Source: an uncultured delta proteobacterium
GTDB lineage: Bacteria; Desulfobacterota; Desulfuromonadia; Geobacterales; Pseudopelobacteraceae
Direction: 5' to 3'
Assembly (NCBI GenBank): GCA_963772835.1
Contig: CAVYYZ010000002.1
Coordinates: 416,001-480,000 of the forward strand
DNA: 64,000 nt
Shown here: positions 1-9,717 of the stretch, in pieces
Layout: each line of letters opens with the position of its first letter
How positions within the stretch are numbered: position 1 is the stretch's first letter
Program-made: the position numbers and the translations under genes
Notes under the pieces: generated by a model
Told to the model about the DNA's origin: nothing
The model's input: only the letters and a program-made list of their open reading frames with translations
The model's database searches: none

Positions 1-460
1 TGGAGACGGATATTTTTACATTCTTGTCCGAGGCTGCCGCTTTGCTGCCGCCGGAGACATTCTTATGGTTATCCTTTGTCGAAACGGCAGGAACGCTTTT
101 TGCTGGACTGTCAGACACAACGGCATCGGCAAAAATAATCCGGTCGAATGTGCGCTTAAGGCTCTTGCTCTCAAAGTTGCGCATCTCCATGCCTCCCTTA
201 AAAGTCACCTGGGAACCTACCGTGACAGGAGTTGCTGAAGCTGCGACCCACACTTTTTCTCCATCTTTCTTCTGAATATACACATAGGTATACCCACCGC
301 TATCCATAGTCTGAAGAACTTTGCCGGAAAGAGGCGCCGCCGCAGGTTGCGAAACAGCCCCTGAAGCGGGCGCCGCTGCTTTGTCCGGCGTGGCCATTAC
401 AGCCGTTACTAAACTTAATGCGATTACACAGGAAAGTGACAGTATAAGGTTCTTTTTCAT
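1..460 (-). CDS. Exported OB-fold-type protein (GKVLQTMDSGGYTYV family), runs off the window edge
   Basis: Translated by hand from the minus strand (ATG at 460): signal peptide MKKNLILSLSCVIALSLVTAVMA, then SGKVLQTMDSGGYTYVYIQKKDGEKVWVAA...MRNFESKSLKRTFDRIIF; no stop before position 1. Confidence 0.7.
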   Translation of the reverse strand, partial: MKKNLILSLSCVIALSLVTAVMATPDKAAAPASGAVSQPAAAPLSGKVLQTMDSGGYTYVYIQKKDGEKVWVAASATPVTVGSQVTFKGGMEMRNFESKSLKRTFDRIIFADAVVSDSPAKSVPAVSTKDNHKNVSGGSKAAASDKNVKISVS

Positions 461-547
461 GAATTCCCCTTTTTTGTATTTACCAGCTATACTTGGCACA
501 TTATCATATTTCACCTCGCTCGGCACTCAAAAAAAACAGGAGTACTG

Positions 548-1681
548 ATGTTCAACCGGCTCTATGTCCATGTCCCGTTCTGTATAGAAAAATGTCATTA
601 TTGTGCCTTTGTCTCAACCACTCCGCAAAACAACGAGCTTGCAGAATACCCCGGTTTCCTCTTGAATGAGTTTCGGCTTCTTGCAGCTGATTCCGAACCG
701 CTTGATTCAATCTATTTCGGCGGCGGGACTCCCTCATTGCTGCAACCGCAGCAACTGGCCCGACTGCTCGAGGAATGTGCCGGCCGGTCAGGCATTACTC
801 AAGGTGCAGAAATAACCCTTGAGGCGAATCCCGGCACAGTCAGCCGTCTTTCTCTGAAAAATTTCCGTACCTCAGGCATCAACCGGATTTCCCTTGGAAT
901 CCAGTCATTTGAAGACCGTTATTTGAACTGTCTCGGGCGGATTCATACATCAGAACAGTCCCGGCAGGCTTTTCTGGATGCCCGCAGAGCCGGTTTCACT
1001 AACATCAGTATAGATCTTATACACTCCCTTCCCGGTCAGAGCCTCGATCAATGGCGTTCAGACCTGGAGTACGCAATACAGCTCTCTCCGGAACATATTT
1101 CAATCTACGGACTAACGGTGGAAGAAGGCACCCCTTTTGCGCGCATCTACCACCCGGACAGCCCGGAATTGGTCGATGACGACCTTTCGGCAGACATGTT
1201 TGAACTGGCCGATGACCTTCTCTCTGCATCCGGTTTTGAACATTATGAGATTGCCAACTATGCCCGGCCCGGGTTCAGATCTCAGCACAACAGCGGCTAC
1301 TGGCTGCGTGACGGATACAGGGGCCTGGGCGTTGCAGCACATTCTTTTCTGAGGGAGGGGTATGGAGTGCGCTTCAGCAATCCTGACACTCTCGAAGAAT
1401 ATACCAGGGGGGTCAGTTCCGGGAAGCCGGCACGAATCGGCGAAAATCAGCTGACGCAGCGTGATGCGATGGCGGAATTTATGTTCCTGGGGCTGCGACT
1501 GGCCGATGGAGTGAGCCGGTACGCTTTTGAACGCGAGTTCGGCCGGGATCTGGAGTCAGTGTATGGATCAGTAACGGCTGATCTTGTCCGTCTCGGATTG
1601 CTCGTTTCAAATGATAGTATGTTCTCATTGACACGCAGAGGGATGTTGCTTTCAAACCAGGTTTTTGCAAGATTTTTATAA
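548..1681 (+). CDS. hemW: Radical SAM heme chaperone HemW (HemN-like)
   Basis: LYVHVPFCIEKCHYCAF (CxxxCxxC), YFGGGTPS, EITLEANP, YEIANYA, HNSGYW motifs. Confidence 0.9.
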   Translation: MFNRLYVHVPFCIEKCHYCAFVSTTPQNNELAEYPGFLLNEFRLLAADSEPLDSIYFGGGTPSLLQPQQLARLLEECAGRSGITQGAEITLEANPGTVSRLSLKNFRTSGINRISLGIQSFEDRYLNCLGRIHTSEQSRQAFLDARRAGFTNISIDLIHSLPGQSLDQWRSDLEYAIQLSPEHISIYGLTVEEGTPFARIYHPDSPELVDDDLSADMFELADDLLSASGFEHYEIANYARPGFRSQHNSGYWLRDGYRGLGVAAHSFLREGYGVRFSNPDTLEEYTRGVSSGKPARIGENQLTQRDAMAEFMFLGLRLADGVSRYAFEREFGRDLESVYGSVTADLVRLGLLVSNDSMFSLTRRGMLLSNQVFARFL

Positions 1682-1705
1682 TAAAAGAGCGTTGATGATA
1701 GCGTC

Positions 1706-1735
1706 TTGACAAGCTCGATCATTTGGGTTTATTCT
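1706..1735 (+). promoter_or_regulatory. Putative sigma70 promoter for the DUF3015 gene
   Basis: TTGACA (1706-1711), 18-nt spacer, TATTCT (1730-1735). Confidence 0.35.
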
Positions 1736-1846
1736 CACACCTGATCAAGTATTATATGAGTACGGTGCACTGAAGAAACGGGCATCACCTGTTGGTTTTA
1801 ACCACCCCCTTTTTAGCGGGGGGAATTCGCTCCATAGGAGGCAGGT

Positions 1847-2314
1847 ATGAAAAAAGTACTTTTGGGATTGGCGCTGAGTGTAGTTGTAACCGGCACTGCA
1901 TTTGCCGGCCAGGCAGCAAGCAACACCGGTTGCGGACTTGGAACTGTCATTTGGGAGAATAAGGCAGACAACTCGGTTATATTTCAGGCATTGCAGGCCA
2001 CAACAAACGGCACATCGGGCAATCAGACCTTCGGCATCACTTCAGGAACCTCAAACTGTCAGAAGCCGTCGAAGATTGCTCAAAATGAAAAATTGATTAA
2101 CTTTGTACAGGCCAACATGGACAACCTGGCACAAGACATCGCCATGGGCAAAGGTGAGAGCCTTGACACTTTTGCTGAGATGCTTGGTGTAACTCCCGCA
2201 CAGAGTGCGGCATTCAACGCAAAGCTCCAGTCAAATTTCGGGAAAATCTTCACCTCTGAACATGTTGTTCTCGCAGAAGTTATTGATAATGCTGTAACTG
2301 TTGCCAATAACTGA
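1847..2314 (+). CDS. DUF3015 family exported protein
   Basis: Signal peptide; NTGCGLG...ATTNGTSGNQTFGITSGTSNC...NMDNLAQDIAMGKGESL; AGGAGG RBS. Confidence 0.85.
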   Translation: MKKVLLGLALSVVVTGTAFAGQAASNTGCGLGTVIWENKADNSVIFQALQATTNGTSGNQTFGITSGTSNCQKPSKIAQNEKLINFVQANMDNLAQDIAMGKGESLDTFAEMLGVTPAQSAAFNAKLQSNFGKIFTSEHVVLAEVIDNAVTVANN

Positions 2315-2333
2315 TTTCTGTTTTCAAACCGTT

Positions 2334-2372
2334 AAAGCAGGCACACAGATACCCGTTTGTGTGCCTGCTTTT
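2334..2372 (+). terminator. Intrinsic terminator-like hairpin
   Basis: aaagcaggcacaca / tgtgtgcctgcttt inverted repeat followed by T residues. Confidence 0.7.
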
Positions 2373-2426
2373 CGTTTCACCGCCAGGAACCCGCTCATCG
2401 TGATGCATAATGCCTTCAAAAAAATC

Positions 2427-4325
2427 ATGCGTGAAAAACCATTCCATATTGGAGCGCTTACGCTTGCGCTCATATTAGCGGCGGTTCCGGCCTTCAGCCA
2501 GGATCAATACTATGTCGAAAACCTGATCCGTGAGGCGAAACAACTCAAACTTCACGAAGAACGAGGATGGAGAGCCCTTCTCCATTACGGAAAGACATTT
2601 ACGGGAAGATACAAAAGCAAAATCGATGACAAGAAGTTTTTTACTTCGCCTGAGGGGAGAAATGATCCCGCAGCTGAGCTGGAATCAACATTACGGAGCT
2701 TTTTTCTAACCGGTTCCCCGGATGGGCAAAGCAGCCTCTGCCGGTTTTCAGCCCGTTATGCCTGGCTCGCAGATCGTCTGCATATTGATCCAGCACAGCT
2801 TCCTGCCGCTTCATGTTCTGAACGGGATAAAACATTCGAAGCTATTGACGCACAATCCGCCGTCCTCGTTTTTCCTGTTGGGCATATCAACAGTCCGGCC
2901 TCCATGTTCGGCCATACCCTGATCCGGATCGACAGCAGCAGTAAAAGCAGCCTTATTTCGTATGCAGTTAATTACTCCGCTGCAAATACCGATTCAAACG
3001 GACTTTCTTACGCCTGGAAGGGCCTTACGGGGATGTATAAGGGGTTTTACTCCCTGATGCCGTATTATGACAAAGTGCGGGAGTATAACGATCTTGAACA
3101 TAGAGACATGTGGGAATACAGGCTGAATCTTACTGCCCCGGAAGTAAAACGAATGCTCGAGCACATCTGGGAGCTCCAGAACATCGAATCTTCATACTAT
3201 TTTATGGACGAGAATTGTTCGTATAACCTGATGTTTCTTATAGAAGTTGCCCGGCCCGAATTACAGCTGACTGACAAGGTCGGCTTATTCGTCCTGCCAT
3301 CGGATACGGTCCGGATAGTCATTAACAGCGGCATCGTTGAGGATGTCAGATACCGGGCTTCTCAGGGGACCAGACTCAGGAAAATGATCTCGCTGCTTGA
3401 TCCGGACGGGCAAAAAACAGCGTACGATATCTCCTTCCAGAAAGACGACCCCGCACGAGTGAAAAACAGTTCTGTATCATCTATCGAAAAAATAAAAATC
3501 CTTGATCTGGCAACCGGATTCGTGCAGTTCCGGTACAGCCGCAAAGAAATTGAAAAGGATGTCTACTCCCGCTCGTTTCTCAAAATATTGAGTGAAAGAA
3601 GTACTCTGGGTGCCGCCCCGGAAGATCTGTACGAGACAGAGGAACCTGCCAGGCCGGAAGAGGGGCACGGAAGTACACGAATTTCCATGGCAGCCGGAGT
3701 GCACGGTGGTGAACTGTTCGGTGAACTGAACATTCGACCTGAATTTCATGCGCTTCTTGATCCCGACCAGGGGTACCTGCCTGGTGCCCAGATAAAATTT
3801 TTTGATACAGCCGTGCGCTATGGTGTCGATTATGAAAGATTTTATCTGAAGACGCTGCACATCATCGACATTGTTTCAATCTCCCCCCGGGACACATTTT
3901 TCAAGCCGTTATCGTGGAAGATCAATACCGGTTTTGACCGTGAGATGCTTCACAACAAAGAAGAACATCTCATCTATCGCATAAATTCCGGAGGAGGTTT
4001 TTCATATGCCTCACCCTTCGGGGGTATCTGGTATCTGATGGCTGAACTCGATGTTAATGCCTCTCCCGAATTTCGTGCATTTGTAACCGCAGCACCTGGA
4101 TTAAGCCTGGGAGTTGCTGAACAGATTTCCGGCAGTTCGAAAATACTGCTGAACGTGTCCGGCTATTGGTATGGGCTTGGCGATGACCGTACGTCCATAA
4201 AAGCGGCTTTCGGTCTGAATCATCGCTTAACACAAAACAACAGTCTTTCTCTCGAGGCTTCTCAGGAATATATGAACCGCCATCCTCTTTCGGAAGTAGC
4301 ACTGCGCTGGAACTATTACTATTGA
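2427..4325 (+). CDS. DUF4105 / Lnb N-terminal-domain protein with a probable C-terminal beta-barrel
   Basis: SPASMFGHTLIR, YNDLEHRDMWEY and YYFMDENCSY motifs; ends in WNYYY; start moved to the ATG at 2427 because a signal peptide follows and the longer ORF crosses a terminator. Confidence 0.8.
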   Translation: MREKPFHIGALTLALILAAVPAFSQDQYYVENLIREAKQLKLHEERGWRALLHYGKTFTGRYKSKIDDKKFFTSPEGRNDPAAELESTLRSFFLTGSPDGQSSLCRFSARYAWLADRLHIDPAQLPAASCSERDKTFEAIDAQSAVLVFPVGHINSPASMFGHTLIRIDSSSKSSLISYAVNYSAANTDSNGLSYAWKGLTGMYKGFYSLMPYYDKVREYNDLEHRDMWEYRLNLTAPEVKRMLEHIWELQNIESSYYFMDENCSYNLMFLIEVARPELQLTDKVGLFVLPSDTVRIVINSGIVEDVRYRASQGTRLRKMISLLDPDGQKTAYDISFQKDDPARVKNSSVSSIEKIKILDLATGFVQFRYSRKEIEKDVYSRSFLKILSERSTLGAAPEDLYETEEPARPEEGHGSTRISMAAGVHGGELFGELNIRPEFHALLDPDQGYLPGAQIKFFDTAVRYGVDYERFYLKTLHIIDIVSISPRDTFFKPLSWKINTGFDREMLHNKEEHLIYRINSGGGFSYASPFGGIWYLMAELDVNASPEFRAFVTAAPGLSLGVAEQISGSSKILLNVSGYWYGLGDDRTSIKAAFGLNHRLTQNNSLSLEASQEYMNRHPLSEVALRWNYYY

Positions 4326-4368
4326 ATACACGGTTCATTCACGTTGGAGAAAACAACCTTCTTTCTTC

Positions 4369-4396
4369 TTGCCACTCCCGTCAAAGCATTTATAAT
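4369..4396 (+). promoter_or_regulatory. Putative sigma70 promoter for nuoE
   Basis: TTGCCA, 16-nt spacer, TATAAT, ending 8 nt before the ATG at 4405. Confidence 0.45.
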
Positions 4397-4404
4397 ACCA
4401 CTCC

Positions 4405-4911
4405 ATGATCCCCGAACTCCTCAAAGAATCTCTTGAACAACGTGTTGCTGATGCGGCCACCAATCGTGAAGCGGCAGTTGACATCATGAAAGAACTGCAG
4501 CGCTATTACGGGTGGCTGACTGATGAAGCGCTTGAAGAGGCATCTCAACTTCTTGGTTTGTCGCCACTCCAGGTGGAAGAATTGGCCACGTTCTATGAAA
4601 TGATCTATCGACGCCCGATTGGCAGCCATGTTGTACATGTATGCGATTCCATTTCCTGCTGGGCTGCGGGGGGCGAAACACTGTTGGAATCCCTGTCACT
4701 GCTTTTGGAAACAGAACCGGGCTCCACCACTGTTAACGGCGCCGTAACCCTGCTCCCTTGTTCCTGCCTCGGCAACTGTGGCGAAGCTCCCTGTATGATG
4801 ATCGGAGACAAACAGTATGGCCGTATGACTCCGGAAACCGGCATGCGTATAGTAACTGCTCTGCTGAATAACTCCGCTGACAATAGCTCTCTACATCCAC
4901 CACTTGTCTGA
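4405..4911 (+). CDS. nuoE: NADH dehydrogenase subunit E-like [2Fe-2S] protein
   Basis: LQRYYGWL...ELATFY...VCDSISC...CSCLGNCGEAP. Confidence 0.9.
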   Translation: MIPELLKESLEQRVADAATNREAAVDIMKELQRYYGWLTDEALEEASQLLGLSPLQVEELATFYEMIYRRPIGSHVVHVCDSISCWAAGGETLLESLSLLLETEPGSTTVNGAVTLLPCSCLGNCGEAPCMMIGDKQYGRMTPETGMRIVTALLNNSADNSSLHPPLV

Positions 4912-4989
4912 ATGCTTTCATAATGCTATTGTGCTATCTTGCTGCACTCCTCCACCGGGAGGACAACTACCTGAATTAAAAAGGAGAAC

Positions 4990-5292
4990 ATGATGAAAAA
5001 ATGTATGATTATGGCAACTGTTGCAGTCAGCTTCAGCTTGATGTCGGTTGCTGCGTTTGCAGCAGAGACAGGTGGAGAGGCTATCTTTAAAGCAAAATGT
5101 GCTGCCTGCCATCCTGATGGCGGCAATATTATTAATCCCAAGGAGACCCTCAAAGGCATCAAAAACGCAAAAAAAATCACCACGAAAATCCGCAAGGGTG
5201 GCGGCGGCATGACCGCCTTTGATGTCAAAACTATTTCTGATGCTGACGCAAAACTTGTTGCTGAATATATCATCAAAACCTTCAAGAAGTAG
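4990..5292 (+). CDS. Monoheme class I cytochrome c (c6/c553-like)
   Basis: Signal peptide, single CAACH heme motif, distal Met in GGGGMTAF; AAGGAG RBS. Confidence 0.9.
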   Translation: MMKKCMIMATVAVSFSLMSVAAFAAETGGEAIFKAKCAACHPDGGNIINPKETLKGIKNAKKITTKIRKGGGGMTAFDVKTISDADAKLVAEYIIKTFKK

Positions 5293-5298
5293 TCTGAT

Positions 5299-5334
5299 CC
5301 GCCGGGGAGACGTCTGATTCTGTCTTCCCGGCGG
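5299..5334 (+). terminator. Stem-loop after the cytochrome c gene
   Basis: ccgccggggagac / gtcttcccggcgg inverted repeat, no clear poly-T. Confidence 0.45.
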
Positions 5335-5342
5335 TCATATTC

Positions 5343-6620
5343 ATGGAACAGATCCTGTTCAAACATACACTCGCCGGACGATGCCTTACTTTTGACGAAT
5401 ACCGGTCAACCGGTGGATTTGCTGCGCTTGAAAAGGCGTTCAGAAATCTGACGCCTGCTGAAGTGCAGCAGAATGTGATCGATTCGGGCCTGCGGGGGCG
5501 AGGAGGGGCAGGGTTTCCGACCGGCAGGAAATGGTCATTCGTCCCGCGGGACCTTCCCGGCCCCCGTTATCTGATCTGCAACTGTGATGAGATGGAACCG
5601 GGCACCTATAAGGATCGCGTGCTGTTGGAACGGAATCCTCATCTGCTGATCGAGGGTATGGCTCTGGCATGCTATGCTCTCGGAGTGAAGCATGCTTTTA
5701 TTTTCGTTCGCTCAGGATATGAGCTGGTTGCCGAAAACCTGAAAAGATCAATTTCCGCTGCCAACAGGTCCGGCTTTCTCGGGAACAACATCCTTGGGAG
5801 CGGTTTCAGCCTCGAGCTGGTCGTACATCAATCTGCCGGCCGTTACATCTGCGGTGAGGAGACCGCTCTGATCAACGCTCTCGAAGGGAAACGCGCCAAC
5901 CCGCGAGCAAAACCCCCGTTTCCTGCGGTCAAAGGGCTCTGGGGTCAGCCGACCGTCGTCAACAACGTCGAAACCCTCGCAAATATTCCTGCAATCATCA
6001 ATTATGGACCTCTCTGGTGGAAAAACAGGGCCGCCACTCCTGAGGCGGCAGGCACCAAACTCTTCTGCATCAGCGGGCATGTCGTCAATACGGACTGTTT
6101 TGAGCTGCCACTCGGCATGACACTTGGTGACATTATTGACGGCCCCTGCGGCGGCATGCGCCCCGGAAGCGTTTTTAAAGCCTGCATTCCCGGCGGGGCT
6201 TCTACACCCTACTTCACCGCCGCGCATCGTGACGTGCCAATGGATTTCGACCCGGTGGCACAAGCCGGCTCGCGTCTCGGAACGGGAGGAATCGTCATAT
6301 TCGATCATGCTACCTGCATGGTTGCGGTAACGCTCAATCTGATCCGTTTTTTCACCCGTGAATCGTGCGGGTGGTGCACCCCCTGCCGCGAAGGACTCCC
6401 CTTCGTTCAGCACACTCTGGAACGGATAGAATCGGGACGCGGCGAGGCGAGAGATATTGATATCCTGCGGGAGCATGTCCACATGCTGAATTACGCCTTC
6501 TGTGCACTTGCTCCGGGCGCAATGGGCCCGGTTGACGGGCTGCTGAACCATTTCGAGGACGAACTGCTGGAGCATATCTCGGCAGGGAGCTGCCCGTTCA
6601 AGGGAGCACCCATCAGCTGA
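5343..6620 (+). CDS. nuoF: NADH dehydrogenase subunit F (FMN, [4Fe-4S])
   Basis: GLRGRGGAGFPTG, NCDEMEPGTYKDR, YICGEETAL, ESCGWCTPCREG...FCAL. Confidence 0.93.
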   Translation: MEQILFKHTLAGRCLTFDEYRSTGGFAALEKAFRNLTPAEVQQNVIDSGLRGRGGAGFPTGRKWSFVPRDLPGPRYLICNCDEMEPGTYKDRVLLERNPHLLIEGMALACYALGVKHAFIFVRSGYELVAENLKRSISAANRSGFLGNNILGSGFSLELVVHQSAGRYICGEETALINALEGKRANPRAKPPFPAVKGLWGQPTVVNNVETLANIPAIINYGPLWWKNRAATPEAAGTKLFCISGHVVNTDCFELPLGMTLGDIIDGPCGGMRPGSVFKACIPGGASTPYFTAAHRDVPMDFDPVAQAGSRLGTGGIVIFDHATCMVAVTLNLIRFFTRESCGWCTPCREGLPFVQHTLERIESGRGEARDIDILREHVHMLNYAFCALAPGAMGPVDGLLNHFEDELLEHISAGSCPFKGAPIS

Positions 6621-7414
6621 TGTTTTTTGTTCTTCGTACAGTTTTTTTTCTGCTGGCTCTGGCAAGCACATCGTTTGCCCTTACCGAAATACGCACCATT
6701 CCGACCCGTCCAGGCGTGACGATGGACTTTCTTGCCATGCTGCCCGAAAAAACGGGCCTGAACGATGCGCTGATTTTTTTCCCGGGCGGGAACGGCGCAG
6801 GGCCGTATAAAATGACCGAGGATGGAGTCGTCAGCGGCTGGAATTTCCTGGTGCGAAGTTCAGAAAACTTTATTCAGAGCGGTTTTTCAGTTTTCACCGT
6901 TGCTCCCCCTTCCGATCACCCGACCGGAATGGGGACAGGTTTCCGGGAGTCCCCCGAACATGCTGAAGACATTGAATCATTGGCGGTCTACCTTGAAAAA
7001 CAGGGGTATGAGCGTATATTTCTTGTCGGCAACAGCCGAGGAACTCTTTCGGCAACCTTCCTCGGCACGCGCCTGAAGGACAGTCATCTAAAAGGGGTCA
7101 TCCTGACATCGGCGCTTGAGTACGATAACTTCCTGCGCTGGCTGCCGCTCGAACAGCTGCGGCTCCCTGTGTTGATGGTTCATCACCGGGATGATGCCTG
7201 TCGAGTCAGTTCAATTGAAGAAGCACGATTGACGCAGGCCGCTCTCAGTGCCACCACCGTGGTAGACTTTACCGAAGTCAATGGCGGTGCGTATCCCCGC
7301 TCGGCACCCTGTGACAACCTGAGCGCTCATGGTTTTTTCGGAGTGGAAGATAAGGTTGTTCAGGTCATCTCAGACTGGATTGGTGGTCGCAAGACCCCGG
7401 ATAGGATCGAGTAA
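6620..7414 (+). CDS. Exported alpha/beta hydrolase
   Basis: Signal peptide, GNSRG nucleophile elbow, HHRDDAC and SAHGF (Asp/His); TGATG overlap with nuoF. Confidence 0.8.
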   Translation: MFFVLRTVFFLLALASTSFALTEIRTIPTRPGVTMDFLAMLPEKTGLNDALIFFPGGNGAGPYKMTEDGVVSGWNFLVRSSENFIQSGFSVFTVAPPSDHPTGMGTGFRESPEHAEDIESLAVYLEKQGYERIFLVGNSRGTLSATFLGTRLKDSHLKGVILTSALEYDNFLRWLPLEQLRLPVLMVHHRDDACRVSSIEEARLTQAALSATTVVDFTEVNGGAYPRSAPCDNLSAHGFFGVEDKVVQVISDWIGGRKTPDRIE

Positions 7415-7420
7415 GCATAT

Positions 7421-9337
7421 ATGCCTCAATTGATCATCGACACCATACCTCTGAACGTACCCGAGGGTACAAATGTGCTGGAGGCAGCCCGCAGTATCGG
7501 CATAACTATCCCGCATTTCTGCTGGCACCCCGCTCTCGGCAAGGCCGGTGCCTGTCGGGCCTGTGCCGTCAAAATACTGGAGGGACCGGCCAAAGGGATC
7601 CAGATGTCATGCATGTTGCCGGCCCAGGATGGTATGGTTGTTTCGACGACAGACAGTGAAGCCGTTGACCTGCGGAGGTCTGTGATCGAATGGCTGATGA
7701 TCAACCACCCCCACGACTGTCCGGTCTGTGACGAGGGAGGAGAATGCCAGCTGCAGGATTTCACTATTGCCGGTGGTCATGGTATCAGGCGTTATGACGG
7801 TCCGAAACGCACGCACGTTAATCAGTATCTCGGTGAACAGATTGAACATGAAATGAACCGCTGTATTCAATGCTACCGTTGCGTCCGCTTCTATCAGGAA
7901 TATGCCGGCGGTACCGACTTCGGAGTTACCGGCCGGGCAGGCGGCGTCTATTTTGGAAGGCAGAAGGAAGGCCCCCTGGAATCACCCTTTTCCGGGAATC
8001 TGGTCGATATCTGCCCGACCGGGGTTTTCACCGACAAGACGGCACGTTTCCGTGCCCGCTACTGGGACTACGATATGGCACCATCCATCTGCCCCGGGTG
8101 CTCTCTTGGCTGCAATACCGTCCCCATGGCCCGCTACCGCGAACTGCTCAAGACCACCGCCCGACGTAACGATGCGGTTAATGGCTGGTTTATCTGTGAC
8201 CGGGGCCGTTTCTCGAATGCCGCCGTCAACGCTCAGGACCGTCCTCGACAGACACTGGTGGATGGTGATGCGGGAAGCTTGACTGCCGCACTTGACACCC
8301 TGACAGAACGAATAATCGAGTTTATCCGATCGTATGGCCCCGAAGCGTTGGCCATAGTCGGCTCCACCCGCATGTCTCAGGAAGCGGCAATCCTGACCTC
8401 CCGCTTGCGGGAGATAACCGGTTCAGGGACTCTCTGCTATTCCGGATGGTCAGCACGTTCAACGGTAACAGCTGAAGCGATCTCCCTGCTGAACGGTGAG
8501 AATACCGCTTCACAAGAAGATGTCCGACAGGCAGATCTGGTCGTTGTGCTGGAGTGCGAGCTGCTGAGTGAAGCTCCCATGATGGCAATGGCAGTTCGTC
8601 AGGCCTGGCGAACCGGAGCAAAGGTGTATCAGGTGGGAAGTGGACACCCCCGGCAAGACTCTATTCACCACCTGTATGAGGCGGTGACCGTCAACTCACT
8701 GGCTGACGTTCCGTTGGAAAATGCGCGTGCACCGGTAGTGATCTGCGGAGCAGACAGGAAGGCGCTGGACAGCATCTTGACAGCAGACCTGAAAGGGGTG
8801 AAGCTCGCATTCGTCCTGGAAGGTCCCAATGCCTACGGCTGCGCGCTGCTGACCGTCGGGCAGGGAGCGAAATCGTTCTCCGAAGCATCGGCCGATGGCA
8901 GAATAAAAGGTATCATAGCGCTTGAGGCAGATCTGCCGGTAGATCTGCCTCAAGAAATCCGGGTGCTGGCTGCGGCCGACTGGATGCCGACACCCCTGCT
9001 TATGCGTGCGGAAGTGTTCCTGCCGGTCACCTCCTGGGTAGAGATGGATGGCACATATATTAACAATGAAGGGCGCGCCCAGCATTTCAAACGGGTAATG
9101 CAGCCGGGTTTGCCTATCACGGGGAACTCACCGGAACTTCACCCGCCACGGATACATCGCCATAACGCACCGGGCGGGGAGATGCTTCCGACATGGGTGA
9201 TTGTTTCGGAACTGCTGAAGCGGCTCGGGGATGAGCAGACTGAAGAATTCCCGTATCCCGGGAAATGGAAGAAGCTCGACTCGCTTGACCCGGAAAGCAA
9301 CGGAATTATGATGTACGAAGGGGACCATAAACCATGA
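7421..9337 (+). CDS. nuoG: NADH dehydrogenase subunit G-like Fe-S protein
   Basis: IPHFCWHP...GACRAC, NHPHDCPVCDEGGECQLQ, RCIQCYRCVR, DICPTG, CPGCSLGC; degenerate molybdopterin-fold C-terminus. Confidence 0.9.
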   Translation: MPQLIIDTIPLNVPEGTNVLEAARSIGITIPHFCWHPALGKAGACRACAVKILEGPAKGIQMSCMLPAQDGMVVSTTDSEAVDLRRSVIEWLMINHPHDCPVCDEGGECQLQDFTIAGGHGIRRYDGPKRTHVNQYLGEQIEHEMNRCIQCYRCVRFYQEYAGGTDFGVTGRAGGVYFGRQKEGPLESPFSGNLVDICPTGVFTDKTARFRARYWDYDMAPSICPGCSLGCNTVPMARYRELLKTTARRNDAVNGWFICDRGRFSNAAVNAQDRPRQTLVDGDAGSLTAALDTLTERIIEFIRSYGPEALAIVGSTRMSQEAAILTSRLREITGSGTLCYSGWSARSTVTAEAISLLNGENTASQEDVRQADLVVVLECELLSEAPMMAMAVRQAWRTGAKVYQVGSGHPRQDSIHHLYEAVTVNSLADVPLENARAPVVICGADRKALDSILTADLKGVKLAFVLEGPNAYGCALLTVGQGAKSFSEASADGRIKGIIALEADLPVDLPQEIRVLAAADWMPTPLLMRAEVFLPVTSWVEMDGTYINNEGRAQHFKRVMQPGLPITGNSPELHPPRIHRHNAPGGEMLPTWVIVSELLKRLGDEQTEEFPYPGKWKKLDSLDPESNGIMMYEGDHKP

Positions 9338-9717
9338 TAACTGCAATTCTGATGATGGCACACGGCAGCCGCATTTCCGAAGCAAACGACGCGGCGCGGG
9401 AGGTTGCCACAATGGTGCAGGAGATAACCGGATTTGAAATCGTTGAGGTTTCATTCCGAGAGCTGCATGAACCGAACATACAGCAGGGAATAGACAACTG
9501 CGTAGCACGTGGTGCGCAGCGAATCCTGCTGATGCCTTATTTTCTCTTTATGGGCGCTCATGTCCAGCATGACCTGCCGGAAGAGGTTGCAGAGGCAAAG
9601 AAACGTCACCCCGGACTGATCATGGAGATGGGCGGTCACTTGGGAGCACACCGCAAACTTGCGGAGATCGAAGCCGAACGAATTGGCGAATCACTTGATA
9701 AACTGAGGTGGCACTGA
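9334..9717 (+). CDS. cbiX: Sirohydrochlorin chelatase (short CbiX/SirB)
   Basis: AHGSR, PYFLFMGAHVQHDLP, LGAH; ATGA overlap with the nuoG stop. Confidence 0.85.
   Translation: MITAILMMAHGSRISEANDAAREVATMVQEITGFEIVEVSFRELHEPNIQQGIDNCVARGAQRILLMPYFLFMGAHVQHDLPEEVAEAKKRHPGLIMEMGGHLGAHRKLAEIEAERIGESLDKLRWH

Noticed and set aside
5748..6671. 307-aa minus-strand ORF and many similar antisense ORFs
   Set aside because: Shadow ORFs of well-supported genes on the opposite strand, with no recognisable motifs
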